This document shows positions 35,540-43,308 of a stretch of DNA of 64,000 bases, one piece after another; the first letter of the stretch is position 1; each line of letters begins with the position of its first letter. The notes beneath the pieces were generated by a model. The model was not told the DNA's origin. It did no database searches and saw only the letters and a list, made by a program, of their open reading frames with translations. Origin of the DNA: Candidatus Roizmanbacteria bacterium RIFCSPHIGHO2_02_FULL_37_13b. GTDB lineage: Bacteria > Patescibacteriota > Microgenomatia > UBA1406 > HO2-37-13b. A program made the translations under genes and the position numbers. The stretch is taken from the NCBI GenBank assembly GCA_001789395.1, contig MFZK01000021.1:2114-66113 (forward strand), read 5' to 3'.

Positions 35540-36532
35540 ATGACAAGTCAAACACATGGAATATCTAAAACAAAATATGACAAGGCAAGTCTAATAAGTG
35601 AGATCAAGCGTCTTAAAAGGCAGCATGACGCCTTAATAGTTGCTCACAATTACCAAATTCCTGAAATTCAAGACTTAGCCGATTACGTTGGTGATTCTTT
35701 AGGTTTATCGAGACAATCTGCTTTATCTGACAAAAAAATTATTGTATTTTGTGGAGTTCACTTTATGGCTGAAACAGCTGCAATTTTTTCACCTGAAAAG
35801 ATGATATTGATACCCGATCTACAAGCAGGATGTTCATTGGCAGCATCAATTGATGTAAGTGAGCTTAAAAAATGGAAAAAAAAGTATCCCGATGCGGTTG
35901 TTGTCTCGTATGTTAATACCAGTGTTGAAGTTAAGGCAGAGTCTGATTACTGTTGTACCTCGACTAATGCAGTTGATATCGTTAATGCTATACCAAAAGA
36001 AAAAAGAATTTTATTTATCCCAGACATGTTCTTAGGGCAATATGTAGCGAAAATCACAGGTCGTGATATTATCATTTACCCTGGAGAGTGTCATGTCCAT
36101 GCAAGGGTCAGATTTTCCGATATGCAAAAAAAAATACAACATTATCCAAATAGTGATTTTCTGATCCATCCCGAGTGTGGTTGTGTCACTAACTGCATGC
36201 ATCATTTAGCTTCAGGAGATCTTGATGCAAACTCGACATATATTTTATCAACAGGTGGTATGGTCAAACATGCTAAAAAATCTAATAAAAAGCAATTTGT
36301 CGTCGCTACAGAGGTAGGTATGCTTTATCCTCTTAGAAAAGAAAATCCTGAAAAAGAATTTATACCTCTTCGGAGTGATATGATTTGTGAATATATGAAA
36401 ATGATCAATTTACCAAAATTGCGCGACAGTTTAAAATATCTACAATATCAAGTCAAAGTTGAAAAAAAAGTTGCAACAAAGGCCTATGTTCCAATTAGAA
36501 GAATGTATGAAATTTCGAAAATAAAAAAATGA
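35540..36532 (+). CDS. nadA: quinolinate synthase A
   Basis: VAHNYQ and FCGVHFMAETA motifs, 330 aa. Confidence 0.85.
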   Translation: MTSQTHGISKTKYDKASLISEIKRLKRQHDALIVAHNYQIPEIQDLADYVGDSLGLSRQSALSDKKIIVFCGVHFMAETAAIFSPEKMILIPDLQAGCSLAASIDVSELKKWKKKYPDAVVVSYVNTSVEVKAESDYCCTSTNAVDIVNAIPKEKRILFIPDMFLGQYVAKITGRDIIIYPGECHVHARVRFSDMQKKIQHYPNSDFLIHPECGCVTNCMHHLASGDLDANSTYILSTGGMVKHAKKSNKKQFVVATEVGMLYPLRKENPEKEFIPLRSDMICEYMKMINLPKLRDSLKYLQYQVKVEKKVATKAYVPIRRMYEISKIKK

Positions 36533-37431
36533 GAAATCACATTATTAAATCATATTTTGATAAATCAAGACTGCTCACATTAAAAAATGCCAATTATATT
36601 AAACACTTCACGAAATTATTTGATTCATTAGTGGATTTCGATGATGTCAAAAGCGATATCACGAGTCGCATCCTGTCATTTGGGTTAAAGCGTGGTATAG
36701 CTAAGATTATATTTAACGAGTCTGGACTTTTGGCTGGAATGGAGGAAATTAAATATTATATTGAAAAAAGAACCGAGATTAAATTTATTAATGAATTGCA
36801 AGATGGCAGTAAAATTAATAAAGGTATTTGTATTTGTGAATTGCATGGTTCTTTGCAAGAAATTTTGAAGTATGAGAGATTAATATTAAATGTTTTACAA
36901 CGATTATCAGGAATCGCAACTCAAACAAATAAGTTAGTCACAAAAAGTTTTAGTATGCGTATAGCCGCAACCAGAAAAACACACTGGGGTTGGTTGGATA
37001 AAAAAGCCGTCTCTATCGGTGGCGGTTTAACACATAGGCTTTCATTAGCTGATGGCATATTAGTGAAGGATAATCATATTGACCTATTATCTAAAGAAAG
37101 AAAAAAAGCCATTAAAATGATTTTAGATTCATGTCGGGGGAAATTAATTGAGATTGAAGTGGAATCGAGTGATGAAGCAATCTTTGCTCTTGACGAGTGG
37201 CATTACCTCTATGCTCTTAAACCTATTATTATTATGCTTGATAATTTTTCCATTCAAGATGCAAATAAAACTATAATGAAAATAAAATCTAATAATATTG
37301 TGATTGAATTATCCGGTGGTATCAATAAGCAAAATATAGCTAAATATAAGCAAACTGAGGCAGACGTTATTTCAATTGGAGCACTTACACATTCTGCAAC
37401 TGCTCTTGATATGTCGCTCCAATTTGCATAA
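36529..37431 (+). CDS. nadC: quinolinate phosphoribosyltransferase (nicotinate-nucleotide pyrophosphorylase)
   Basis: RKTHWG...GGG..HR..L.D..LVKDNHI pattern, 300 aa, 4-nt overlap with nadA. Confidence 0.8.
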   Translation: MRNHIIKSYFDKSRLLTLKNANYIKHFTKLFDSLVDFDDVKSDITSRILSFGLKRGIAKIIFNESGLLAGMEEIKYYIEKRTEIKFINELQDGSKINKGICICELHGSLQEILKYERLILNVLQRLSGIATQTNKLVTKSFSMRIAATRKTHWGWLDKKAVSIGGGLTHRLSLADGILVKDNHIDLLSKERKKAIKMILDSCRGKLIEIEVESSDEAIFALDEWHYLYALKPIIIMLDNFSIQDANKTIMKIKSNNIVIELSGGINKQNIAKYKQTEADVISIGALTHSATALDMSLQFA

Positions 37432-37444
37432 AATATTTGAGATC

Positions 37445-37517
37445 GGGTCCATAGCTCAACTGGCAGAGCAACTCCCTCTTAAGGAGTCGGTTGGAGGTTC
37501 GAGTCCTCCTGGACTCA
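37445..37517 (+). tRNA. tRNA-Lys (anticodon CTT)
   Basis: Acceptor GGGTCCA/TGGACTC (one G-T pair), anticodon loop CTCTTAA, T-arm GGAGGTTCGAGTCCTCC. Confidence 0.85.
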
Positions 37518-37518
37518 C

Positions 37519-37623
37519 ATTAGAGCTTCTTGACGAGCGTAAGCGAGTCCTAGAAGATTTTTGTCCTGAGCGAAGCGAAGGGCATGGGTTAAGTTGCATG
37601 CAAAAGAGAACTTCGTTTTTTTT
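37519..37623 (+). repeat. tRNA-trailing element R-C ending in a hairpin plus T8 (possible terminator)
   Basis: ATTAGAGCTTCTTGACGAGCGTAAGCGAGTCCTAGAAG...GTCCTGAGCGAAGCGAAGGGC aligns with the element after tRNA-His. CGAAG(37576-37580)/CTTCG(37611-37615) pairs and is followed by T8 at 37616-37623. Confidence 0.6.
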
Positions 37624-37629
37624 CATTAC

Positions 37630-38514
37630 ATGAAAAGTGTAACCTTAATTGGTCATATAAGTGATGATCTTCTCCCCTCTTCCCATTTGGGAGGTTCTGT
37701 AACCTATGCAGGCATAGTTTTCCAAAAATTCGGATTCGATACGACAATTATAACTAAAGCTCCTCCAAATCATCCATATCTTCAAAAACTATCCAAACTG
37801 AATATTAAAGTTATCAATTTAGAAAGAGATAAAAATTCTGAAATTACATCATTTAACAATTCATTCAATGATCAAGGATTGAGAACACAAATGGTGGATA
37901 AAATAGCCAAATCTATTAAATTATCAGATTTAAAACAATATAAAAAACTAATAATCAGCCGACCGGTAGTTTTAGCGCCGATTTTGAATGAAATCGATGT
38001 GAATATTATTTCTCATTTTTATAATCAATGTGATTTATACTTGATTGCTCAAGGTCTATTTAGGAAGACTATTGATCAGAATTTGGTTACGTTTACTGAT
38101 ATGAATGATAGATCGATATTTTCAAAAGTAAAAGTGACCATATTAAGTTATGAAGACTTAATGATTAAAGCGAAGGTTCAAGAAAAAGAGTTAAATAGCT
38201 TAATTAGAGATACCAAGCTTCTTATTATCACAAACGCTGATAAGAAAACTGACACTTATACCAATGGTAAATATTTTGGTGGTGTCGATACGTATGATAT
38301 AGGAAACAAATTAAGTGATCCAATTGGTGCCGGCGATGTGTTTGCAGCAGCTTTTATAATCAGTTTTCTTGAGACAAGAAATATATTGGATTCTGTTAAA
38401 TTTGGTAATTTATATGCTGCATGTAAAATCAGTCGAACATTAATAAAGACCGGTATAGATAATCTTCCGACACCTGAAGAAGTTGAAAGATTTAAAGAAT
38501 CTCTTCTTTTCTAG
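37630..38514 (+). CDS. PfkB-family carbohydrate/nucleoside kinase
   Basis: DPIGAGDVFAAAFI (PfkB motif 2) and an N-terminal GG dipeptide region. The start is taken at the ATG at 37630, because the track start at 37594 runs into the T8 terminator-like tract. Confidence 0.7.
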   Translation: MKSVTLIGHISDDLLPSSHLGGSVTYAGIVFQKFGFDTTIITKAPPNHPYLQKLSKLNIKVINLERDKNSEITSFNNSFNDQGLRTQMVDKIAKSIKLSDLKQYKKLIISRPVVLAPILNEIDVNIISHFYNQCDLYLIAQGLFRKTIDQNLVTFTDMNDRSIFSKVKVTILSYEDLMIKAKVQEKELNSLIRDTKLLIITNADKKTDTYTNGKYFGGVDTYDIGNKLSDPIGAGDVFAAAFIISFLETRNILDSVKFGNLYAACKISRTLIKTGIDNLPTPEEVERFKESLLF

Positions 38515-40123
38515 CTCTTACAAAGTTTATCCACTCTTCGACAATTTCAGAAATAAGTTTAAATGGCGCCTCAATAAAAAAATCAAATATTAAAATAAAA
38601 ACGTTAAGTTTAGCGATTTCACTGCTTAAAAATTTACCGAGGAAAAGAATTGGTACGAAGAAAAAATCAACAATTGGTGATAATACACCTGGTTTATCTG
38701 CAAGTGTATATTCCTTAGTTGTTTGACGTATTCGATAACCGAAAAATGCTACCAAACTAACAAAAAAAATAAACACAATCATCCCTATAGGGTTAAAACC
38801 AAGTTGAGCTAACATCATATATATAGTCATAAATGTGGCACCAAAAGTGAATAGATAAAAAGTGGTAAAACCCAATAGTAAAAATGGTCTACGTTGTTTT
38901 GCTTTTTTTGCAATAAAATTCTTTGATGTCTCATATCCAGGATCTTTGTTTAAAATATTAACTACTCTCTCATTTATTTTTTTGGTATTTTTTGATCCGG
39001 GAATTCTGACAAAAGATACTATAAGGCCCATCAAGAGAACTGGAAATATGGAATTTATCGCAAGTGGATACCAATGTATTGCGCCATATAGCCATTTTGA
39101 TAGAGGGTATTCTAGTAAAAGTGCAAATACAGCTTTGGTTAAAAATATATATATAATACTTCTTATCGCTGCATTCCTCAATTTAAGACTAGTTTCCTGA
39201 TATTTACTGCGACAAATTTCATCAACTTTATTCCACAATTCAGTTTTGTTTGTAAGAATCTGTCTAATATTTTTTGGATATCTATCGATAATTGAAAATA
39301 AAATTAAAAAAGGTGGGACTTGTCTTTTTGTAAATCGGTTCAGTCGATCGTGAAATGGATTGTTTATGATTTTATCGATATGGGTGACGATATTTTCGAA
39401 ATTATGAACAAGTAGTTCATATTGTTTACGACTCAATTCATTTATACGATCAAATTGTAATTGCATTAAATGATAGCGGGTATAGGCAATATCATTTTTA
39501 GCAAAGGCAGCCTCACAAGATACATAAAAATAGGAATTTAACTCTTCGTCCGTTATCCCATCAATAGCAATTTTTTTATTCAAAACCTGATAAAAATAAT
39601 GTAAAAAAGCTGCTTTTTTTTGAGTTTTGTCAGTATTCAATTCTTCCTCAAGTTCACAAGTTAAAAAGTCATTAATATATTGAGCTAATCTTTGCTTAAA
39701 ACCTAAACTTCGACCAGATAGGACTTGGTGTTTTAAATCCAGATATCGGTCTATTATCGATTGATAATCATCTATTTCATTTATGGTGATTGAATCCGGA
39801 GGAATATATCGAGCCCACATTAATTCTCTAATCAAATTTTCGGCCTCATTTTGACCACTCGGATTTAAGGCTAAACGTCGACTTAAAATTCTTTCAATTG
39901 CCGCACGTCTAATCAGGTGTTCTTCTCTAAATTCAACTGCATTCCTAATTTTTTCGTACAAAATCGCAAAGAACGAAACAGTTTGTGAAACAGATAGAGT
40001 TTGAGCGTCTGGATCGATATTCCTCTGCTTTATTTCCGATAATGACTTTAAAAAATAGTCGGAATATTCTGATAGTTCAATACGGATTCCGTCTGGATTA
40101 TCTTGTCTACTTTCCCTTTTCAT
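38492..40123 (-). CDS. hypothetical protein: ~330-aa helical soluble N-terminal region plus a C-terminal multi-TM region
   Basis: 543-aa ORF with at least five hydrophobic segments in the C-terminal 220 aa. I cannot verify any family. Its 3' end overlaps the convergent pfkB gene by 23 nt. Confidence 0.5.
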   Translation of the reverse strand: MKRESRQDNPDGIRIELSEYSDYFLKSLSEIKQRNIDPDAQTLSVSQTVSFFAILYEKIRNAVEFREEHLIRRAAIERILSRRLALNPSGQNEAENLIRELMWARYIPPDSITINEIDDYQSIIDRYLDLKHQVLSGRSLGFKQRLAQYINDFLTCELEEELNTDKTQKKAAFLHYFYQVLNKKIAIDGITDEELNSYFYVSCEAAFAKNDIAYTRYHLMQLQFDRINELSRKQYELLVHNFENIVTHIDKIINNPFHDRLNRFTKRQVPPFLILFSIIDRYPKNIRQILTNKTELWNKVDEICRSKYQETSLKLRNAAIRSIIYIFLTKAVFALLLEYPLSKWLYGAIHWYPLAINSIFPVLLMGLIVSFVRIPGSKNTKKINERVVNILNKDPGYETSKNFIAKKAKQRRPFLLLGFTTFYLFTFGATFMTIYMMLAQLGFNPIGMIVFIFFVSLVAFFGYRIRQTTKEYTLADKPGVLSPIVDFFFVPILFLGKFLSSEIAKLNVFILIFDFFIEAPFKLISEIVEEWINFVRARKEEIL

Positions 40124-40173
40124 AACCCTTAATTATACTTCAAAGATGTCCTTAATGTGATATACTGGACTTT

Positions 40174-40647
40174 GTGGTGATTCTCAGCATGGATTCGGGT
40201 TTAGAAAGAACCGGATACGCAATAATAAGTAAGAATGGGGAATTAATCACTATTGATGATTTTGGATTGATCAAAACAGAAAAAAATATTTCAATTGAGA
40301 AAAGATTACTTAATATATCTACATCGCTTGAAAAGTTATTACTCAAATTCAAACCTGAAATTGCTATTCTTGAACAAATTTTTTTTAATATCAACAAGAA
40401 AACTATTATTTCGGTTGCACAGGCTCAAGGAGCATGTTTATCTGTCCTCGCAAAGGCGAAAGTGAAGGTTGAATATCTGACGCCGCTACAGATTAAACAG
40501 ATATTGACGGGTTATGGTCGGGCTGATAAAAAACAGATTGAAAAGATGCTTAAAATAATATTAAATATTGATAATTTACCGGAATCGGATGATGTCCGTG
40601 ATGCCATAGCATGTGGATTGGCGTATTGCTATTTAAAAAAATTTTGA
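40174..40647 (+). CDS. ruvC: Holliday junction resolvase RuvC
   Basis: ILSMDSGLERTGYAII (catalytic Asp motif), a C-terminal DAIACGLAY motif, and the order ruvC-ruvA-ruvB. GTG start. Confidence 0.85.
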   Translation: MVILSMDSGLERTGYAIISKNGELITIDDFGLIKTEKNISIEKRLLNISTSLEKLLLKFKPEIAILEQIFFNINKKTIISVAQAQGACLSVLAKAKVKVEYLTPLQIKQILTGYGRADKKQIEKMLKIILNIDNLPESDDVRDAIACGLAYCYLKKF

Positions 40648-40668
40648 TCTCACTTTGTTAAGCACAAT

Positions 40669-41244
40669 ATGATCGGTAAAATCAAAGGAACTTTAATCGA
40701 AATTAGTGGTAATGAAAGTTTGATAGAAACATCAAGTGGTGTCTCATATCAAGTATTTCTTCCCCCATCGGTAATTTTAAATAGTAAATTAGGAGAAAAA
40801 ATCGATATTTATACTTATCTTCAAGTAAAAGAAGATGCGCATACTCTTTTTGGATTTTCCAATAAATCTGACTATAACATTTTTAAACTATTGTTATCAG
40901 TTGATGGTGTTGGTCCGAAACTTGCATTCACGATCATATCCTTCACAAATTCGCATGACATCGAGACTGCCATAAGGACATCTGATGTAACGTATTTTAA
41001 CGCAATCCCCGGGATTGGCAAAAAGACTGCACAAAAAATTTTATTAGAATTGTCGGGTAAATTTGATAGCGAATTTAATATAAATAAAATGACTCTCTCC
41101 GAGAATGACAATTTGGTAATACAAGCGTTGCTTTCACTTGGTTTTGATAGGCGCAGTGCTCATCGAGCTTTAAGCCAGCTTGAACCAACGTTCTCCGTAG
41201 AGGATAAAATTAAACACGCTATAAAAAAAATGACTAACAAATAA
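40669..41244 (+). CDS. ruvA: Holliday junction DNA helicase RuvA
   Basis: MIGKIKGTL start and HhH motifs (VDGVGPKLA, IPGIGKKTAQKI). Confidence 0.9.
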   Translation: MIGKIKGTLIEISGNESLIETSSGVSYQVFLPPSVILNSKLGEKIDIYTYLQVKEDAHTLFGFSNKSDYNIFKLLLSVDGVGPKLAFTIISFTNSHDIETAIRTSDVTYFNAIPGIGKKTAQKILLELSGKFDSEFNINKMTLSENDNLVIQALLSLGFDRRSAHRALSQLEPTFSVEDKIKHAIKKMTNK

Positions 41245-41246
41245 AT

Positions 41247-42269
41247 ATGAAAATTGTTGTCAACGGAAAAAAAGCATCTGAAATAAATACTATCACCGAA
41301 CTTAGACCGCAGCAATTTATTGATTATATAGGTCAACAAAAAGTGGTTAGGGCAATCAGACTTTTCGTACAGGCCGTTTTAGATAGAGGTACAGTAGCTG
41401 AACATATTTTATTATATGGACCACCAGGAATTGGTAAAACAACTTTAGCTAATATTATTGCAAAGGAGCTTAAAGGTGATTTGAAAATAACCTCAGGACC
41501 GGCATTGACGAAAACTGGTGATTTGGCTGCGATATTAACAAATTTGAAAGATAATGACGTCCTATTTATTGATGAAATTCACAGGCTTCCTAAACCAGTT
41601 GAAGAAGCTCTCTATCCTGTTATGGAAGATTTTTTTTTGGATATTATTATTGGAAAAGGACCATCTGCTAGAACGGTTAGATTACCAATTCCTCATATAA
41701 CCATAGTCGGCGCTACGACAAGGGTCGCGCTTCTATCTGCACCTCTCCGTGATCGATTTGGTATGGTACTTAGACTTGATTATTATAGTAGCAGTGAAAT
41801 GATTGAGATTATCCTGCGATCTGCCAAGATTTTAAAAATACCTATCAATCGAGAAATGGCGAGTATGATTGCGCAAAGATCAAGACGGACCCCACGGGTG
41901 GCAAATAGAATTGTCAAGAGAGTGAAAGATTTTTATGAAGTCAAGAAACTAAATAAACTAGATGCTAAATCACTTGAAGAATTATTCTCTATTATTCAAA
42001 TAGATGAAATGGGTCTAAATGAAGTAGATAATGAGTATATACATGTTCTAATTAATAAATTTAGTGGTGGACCTGTCGGAGTTTCAACCTTAGCAACTGC
42101 CATGTCGGACGATATTCAAACATTGGAAGAATATATTGAACCATATTTAATTAGAACGGGATTTATTAAAAAAACCTCTCGTGGTCGTGTCGCAACAAAT
42201 AAAGCATATGAACATCTTCATCTTACCATACCCACTGCCTTAGTCGATCCACAACAAGCACTGGTTTGA
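41247..42269 (+). CDS. ruvB: Holliday junction DNA helicase RuvB
   Basis: LRPQQFIDYIGQ, Walker A GPPGIGKTT, Walker B FIDEIHR. Confidence 0.95.
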   Translation: MKIVVNGKKASEINTITELRPQQFIDYIGQQKVVRAIRLFVQAVLDRGTVAEHILLYGPPGIGKTTLANIIAKELKGDLKITSGPALTKTGDLAAILTNLKDNDVLFIDEIHRLPKPVEEALYPVMEDFFLDIIIGKGPSARTVRLPIPHITIVGATTRVALLSAPLRDRFGMVLRLDYYSSSEMIEIILRSAKILKIPINREMASMIAQRSRRTPRVANRIVKRVKDFYEVKKLNKLDAKSLEELFSIIQIDEMGLNEVDNEYIHVLINKFSGGPVGVSTLATAMSDDIQTLEEYIEPYLIRTGFIKKTSRGRVATNKAYEHLHLTIPTALVDPQQALV

Positions 42270-42289
42270 TATAATCTAATTAAGATACC

Positions 42290-42373
42290 GCCGCGGTGGT
42301 GGAATGGTAGACACGCAGGACTTAAAATCCTGTAACTGCATAAGTTGTGAGAGTTCGACTCTCTCCCGCGGCA
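42290..42373 (+). tRNA. tRNA-Leu (anticodon TAA)
   Basis: Acceptor GCCGCGG/CCGCGGC, anticodon loop CTTAAAA, long variable arm, T-arm GAGAGTTCGACTCTCTC. Confidence 0.85.
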
Positions 42374-42412
42374 CTCTCTTGAAACGAAAGTAACTAGTTG
42401 GGATAAGGCACA

Positions 42413-42460
42413 GCCGACTTAGCTCAGTGGTAGATCCACCTGCTTTCATGCAGGAGGATC
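42413..42460 (+). other. tRNA-like 5' fragment fused to an 11-bp hairpin (probable tRNA remnant)
   Basis: GCCGACTTAGCTCAGTGGTAGA looks like a tRNA acceptor 5' strand plus D-arm. It continues into GATCCACCTGC-tttcat-GCAGGAGGATC (one mismatch, 6-nt loop). No T-arm or 3' acceptor strand follows. Confidence 0.35.
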
Positions 42461-42482
42461 CGCTTTGTATAGGAAATTGTAA

Positions 42483-42557
42483 GCCGTCCTAGCTCAATGG
42501 CAGAGCAAACGCTTTGTAAGCGTTAGGTTATCGGTTCAAGTCCGATGGACGGCTCCA
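42483..42557 (+). tRNA. tRNA-Thr (anticodon TGT), CCA encoded
   Basis: Acceptor GCCGTCC/GGACGGC, anticodon loop TTTGTAA, T-arm TCGGTTCAAGTCCGA, 3' TCCA. Confidence 0.85.
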
Positions 42558-42558
42558 T

Positions 42559-42631
42559 GTCCTCGTAGCTCAACGGATAGAGCAACTCCCTTCTAAGGAG
42601 TAGGTTGCGTGTTCGATTCACGCCGAGGACG
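42559..42631 (+). tRNA. tRNA-Arg (anticodon TCT)
   Basis: Acceptor GTCCTCG/CGAGGAC, anticodon loop CTTCTAA, T-arm GCGTGTTCGATTCACGC. Confidence 0.85.
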
Positions 42632-43108
42632 CTTATTAAGATCAATATTACTGCCAATTTCAAGTTTAGATCTCGCTACTTCACCGGCATTTAATTCAAT
42701 TACTTTATCAGCTGATTTATCAGACGTGAATACTTTAGGAAAAGTATTGGGTGTAATGTTTACTAAAGTATCAACTATTTGGTTGTTATTTAAATAAATA
42801 AAATCAAGAGAATAATTCATATCCTTCATCCAAAATCCGAATTTACCAGCCGTTGGAAAAATAAATAGCATTCCTTCATCACTATTTAGTTTTTTGCTAT
42901 ATGATAATCCTTTTGTTCGTTTAGAATCATCGTCCGCCACATATAAGTGATATCTATTAGAGCCGATTTGCACATGTTCAATTTGATAATCTTTAAATTC
43001 AGGATTAACCGAATAAAAAAAACTGGAAATTATGTTATTGAGAGATTGGTGATATAAAAAAAAAGCCAGACCTAAGAATATTATAATAGCTATAGAATTT
43101 TTTTTCAC
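42593..43108 (-). CDS. DUF192-family secreted protein
   Basis: GTG start at 43108 gives VKKNSIAIIIFLGLAFF (signal/TM). GMLFIFP...FWMKDMNYSLDFIYL matches the DUF192 core. The track's longer N-terminus reads through two tRNA genes. Confidence 0.7.
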   Translation of the reverse strand: MKKNSIAIIIFLGLAFFLYHQSLNNIISSFFYSVNPEFKDYQIEHVQIGSNRYHLYVADDDSKRTKGLSYSKKLNSDEGMLFIFPTAGKFGFWMKDMNYSLDFIYLNNNQIVDTLVNITPNTFPKVFTSDKSADKVIELNAGEVARSKLEIGSNIDLNKRPRRESNTQPTP

Positions 43109-43115
43109 AAATGGG

Positions 43116-43188
43116 TGGTCGCTGAGGGATTTGAACCCCCGACACCTGCGATGTAAACGCAGTGCTCTAACCGCTGAGCTAAGCGACC
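43116..43188 (-). tRNA. tRNA-Val (anticodon TAC)
   Basis: Acceptor GGTCGCT/AGCGACC, anticodon loop TTTACAT, T-arm GGGGGTTCAAATCCCTC. Confidence 0.85.
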
Positions 43189-43196
43189 TTATATTG

Positions 43197-43280
43197 TGCC
43201 CAGGAGAGGACTTGAACCTCCACGCCGTTGCCGGCACAGCCTCCTCAAGACTGCGCGTATACCAATTCCGCCACCTGGGC
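43197..43280 (-). tRNA. tRNA-Leu (anticodon GAG)
   Basis: Acceptor GCCCAGG/CCTGGGC, anticodon loop TTGAGGA, long variable arm, T-arm GGAGGTTCAAGTCCTCT. Confidence 0.85.
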
Positions 43281-43308
43281 ATGAGATTGATAGTTTCATT
43301 ATATTATA

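Noticed and set aside
37376-37633. An 85-aa ORF in the track (MEHLHILQ...).
   Set aside because: It reads straight through tRNA-Lys and the trailing repeat, so it is spurious. The same applies to 43131-43322, to the N-terminal ~58 aa of the 42593-43282 ORF (which read through tRNA-Val and tRNA-Leu), and to 5863-6096 (which crosses element E2 and the pilin promoter).
42413-42470. A split-tRNA hypothesis: a 5' half here with a 3' half encoded elsewhere, as in Nanoarchaeum.
   Set aside because: No complementary 3' half (T-arm plus AGTCGGC) exists in the window. The nearest AGTCGG, at 33508, has no T-arm. Split tRNAs are not established in bacteria. A decayed remnant or hairpin is more parsimonious.
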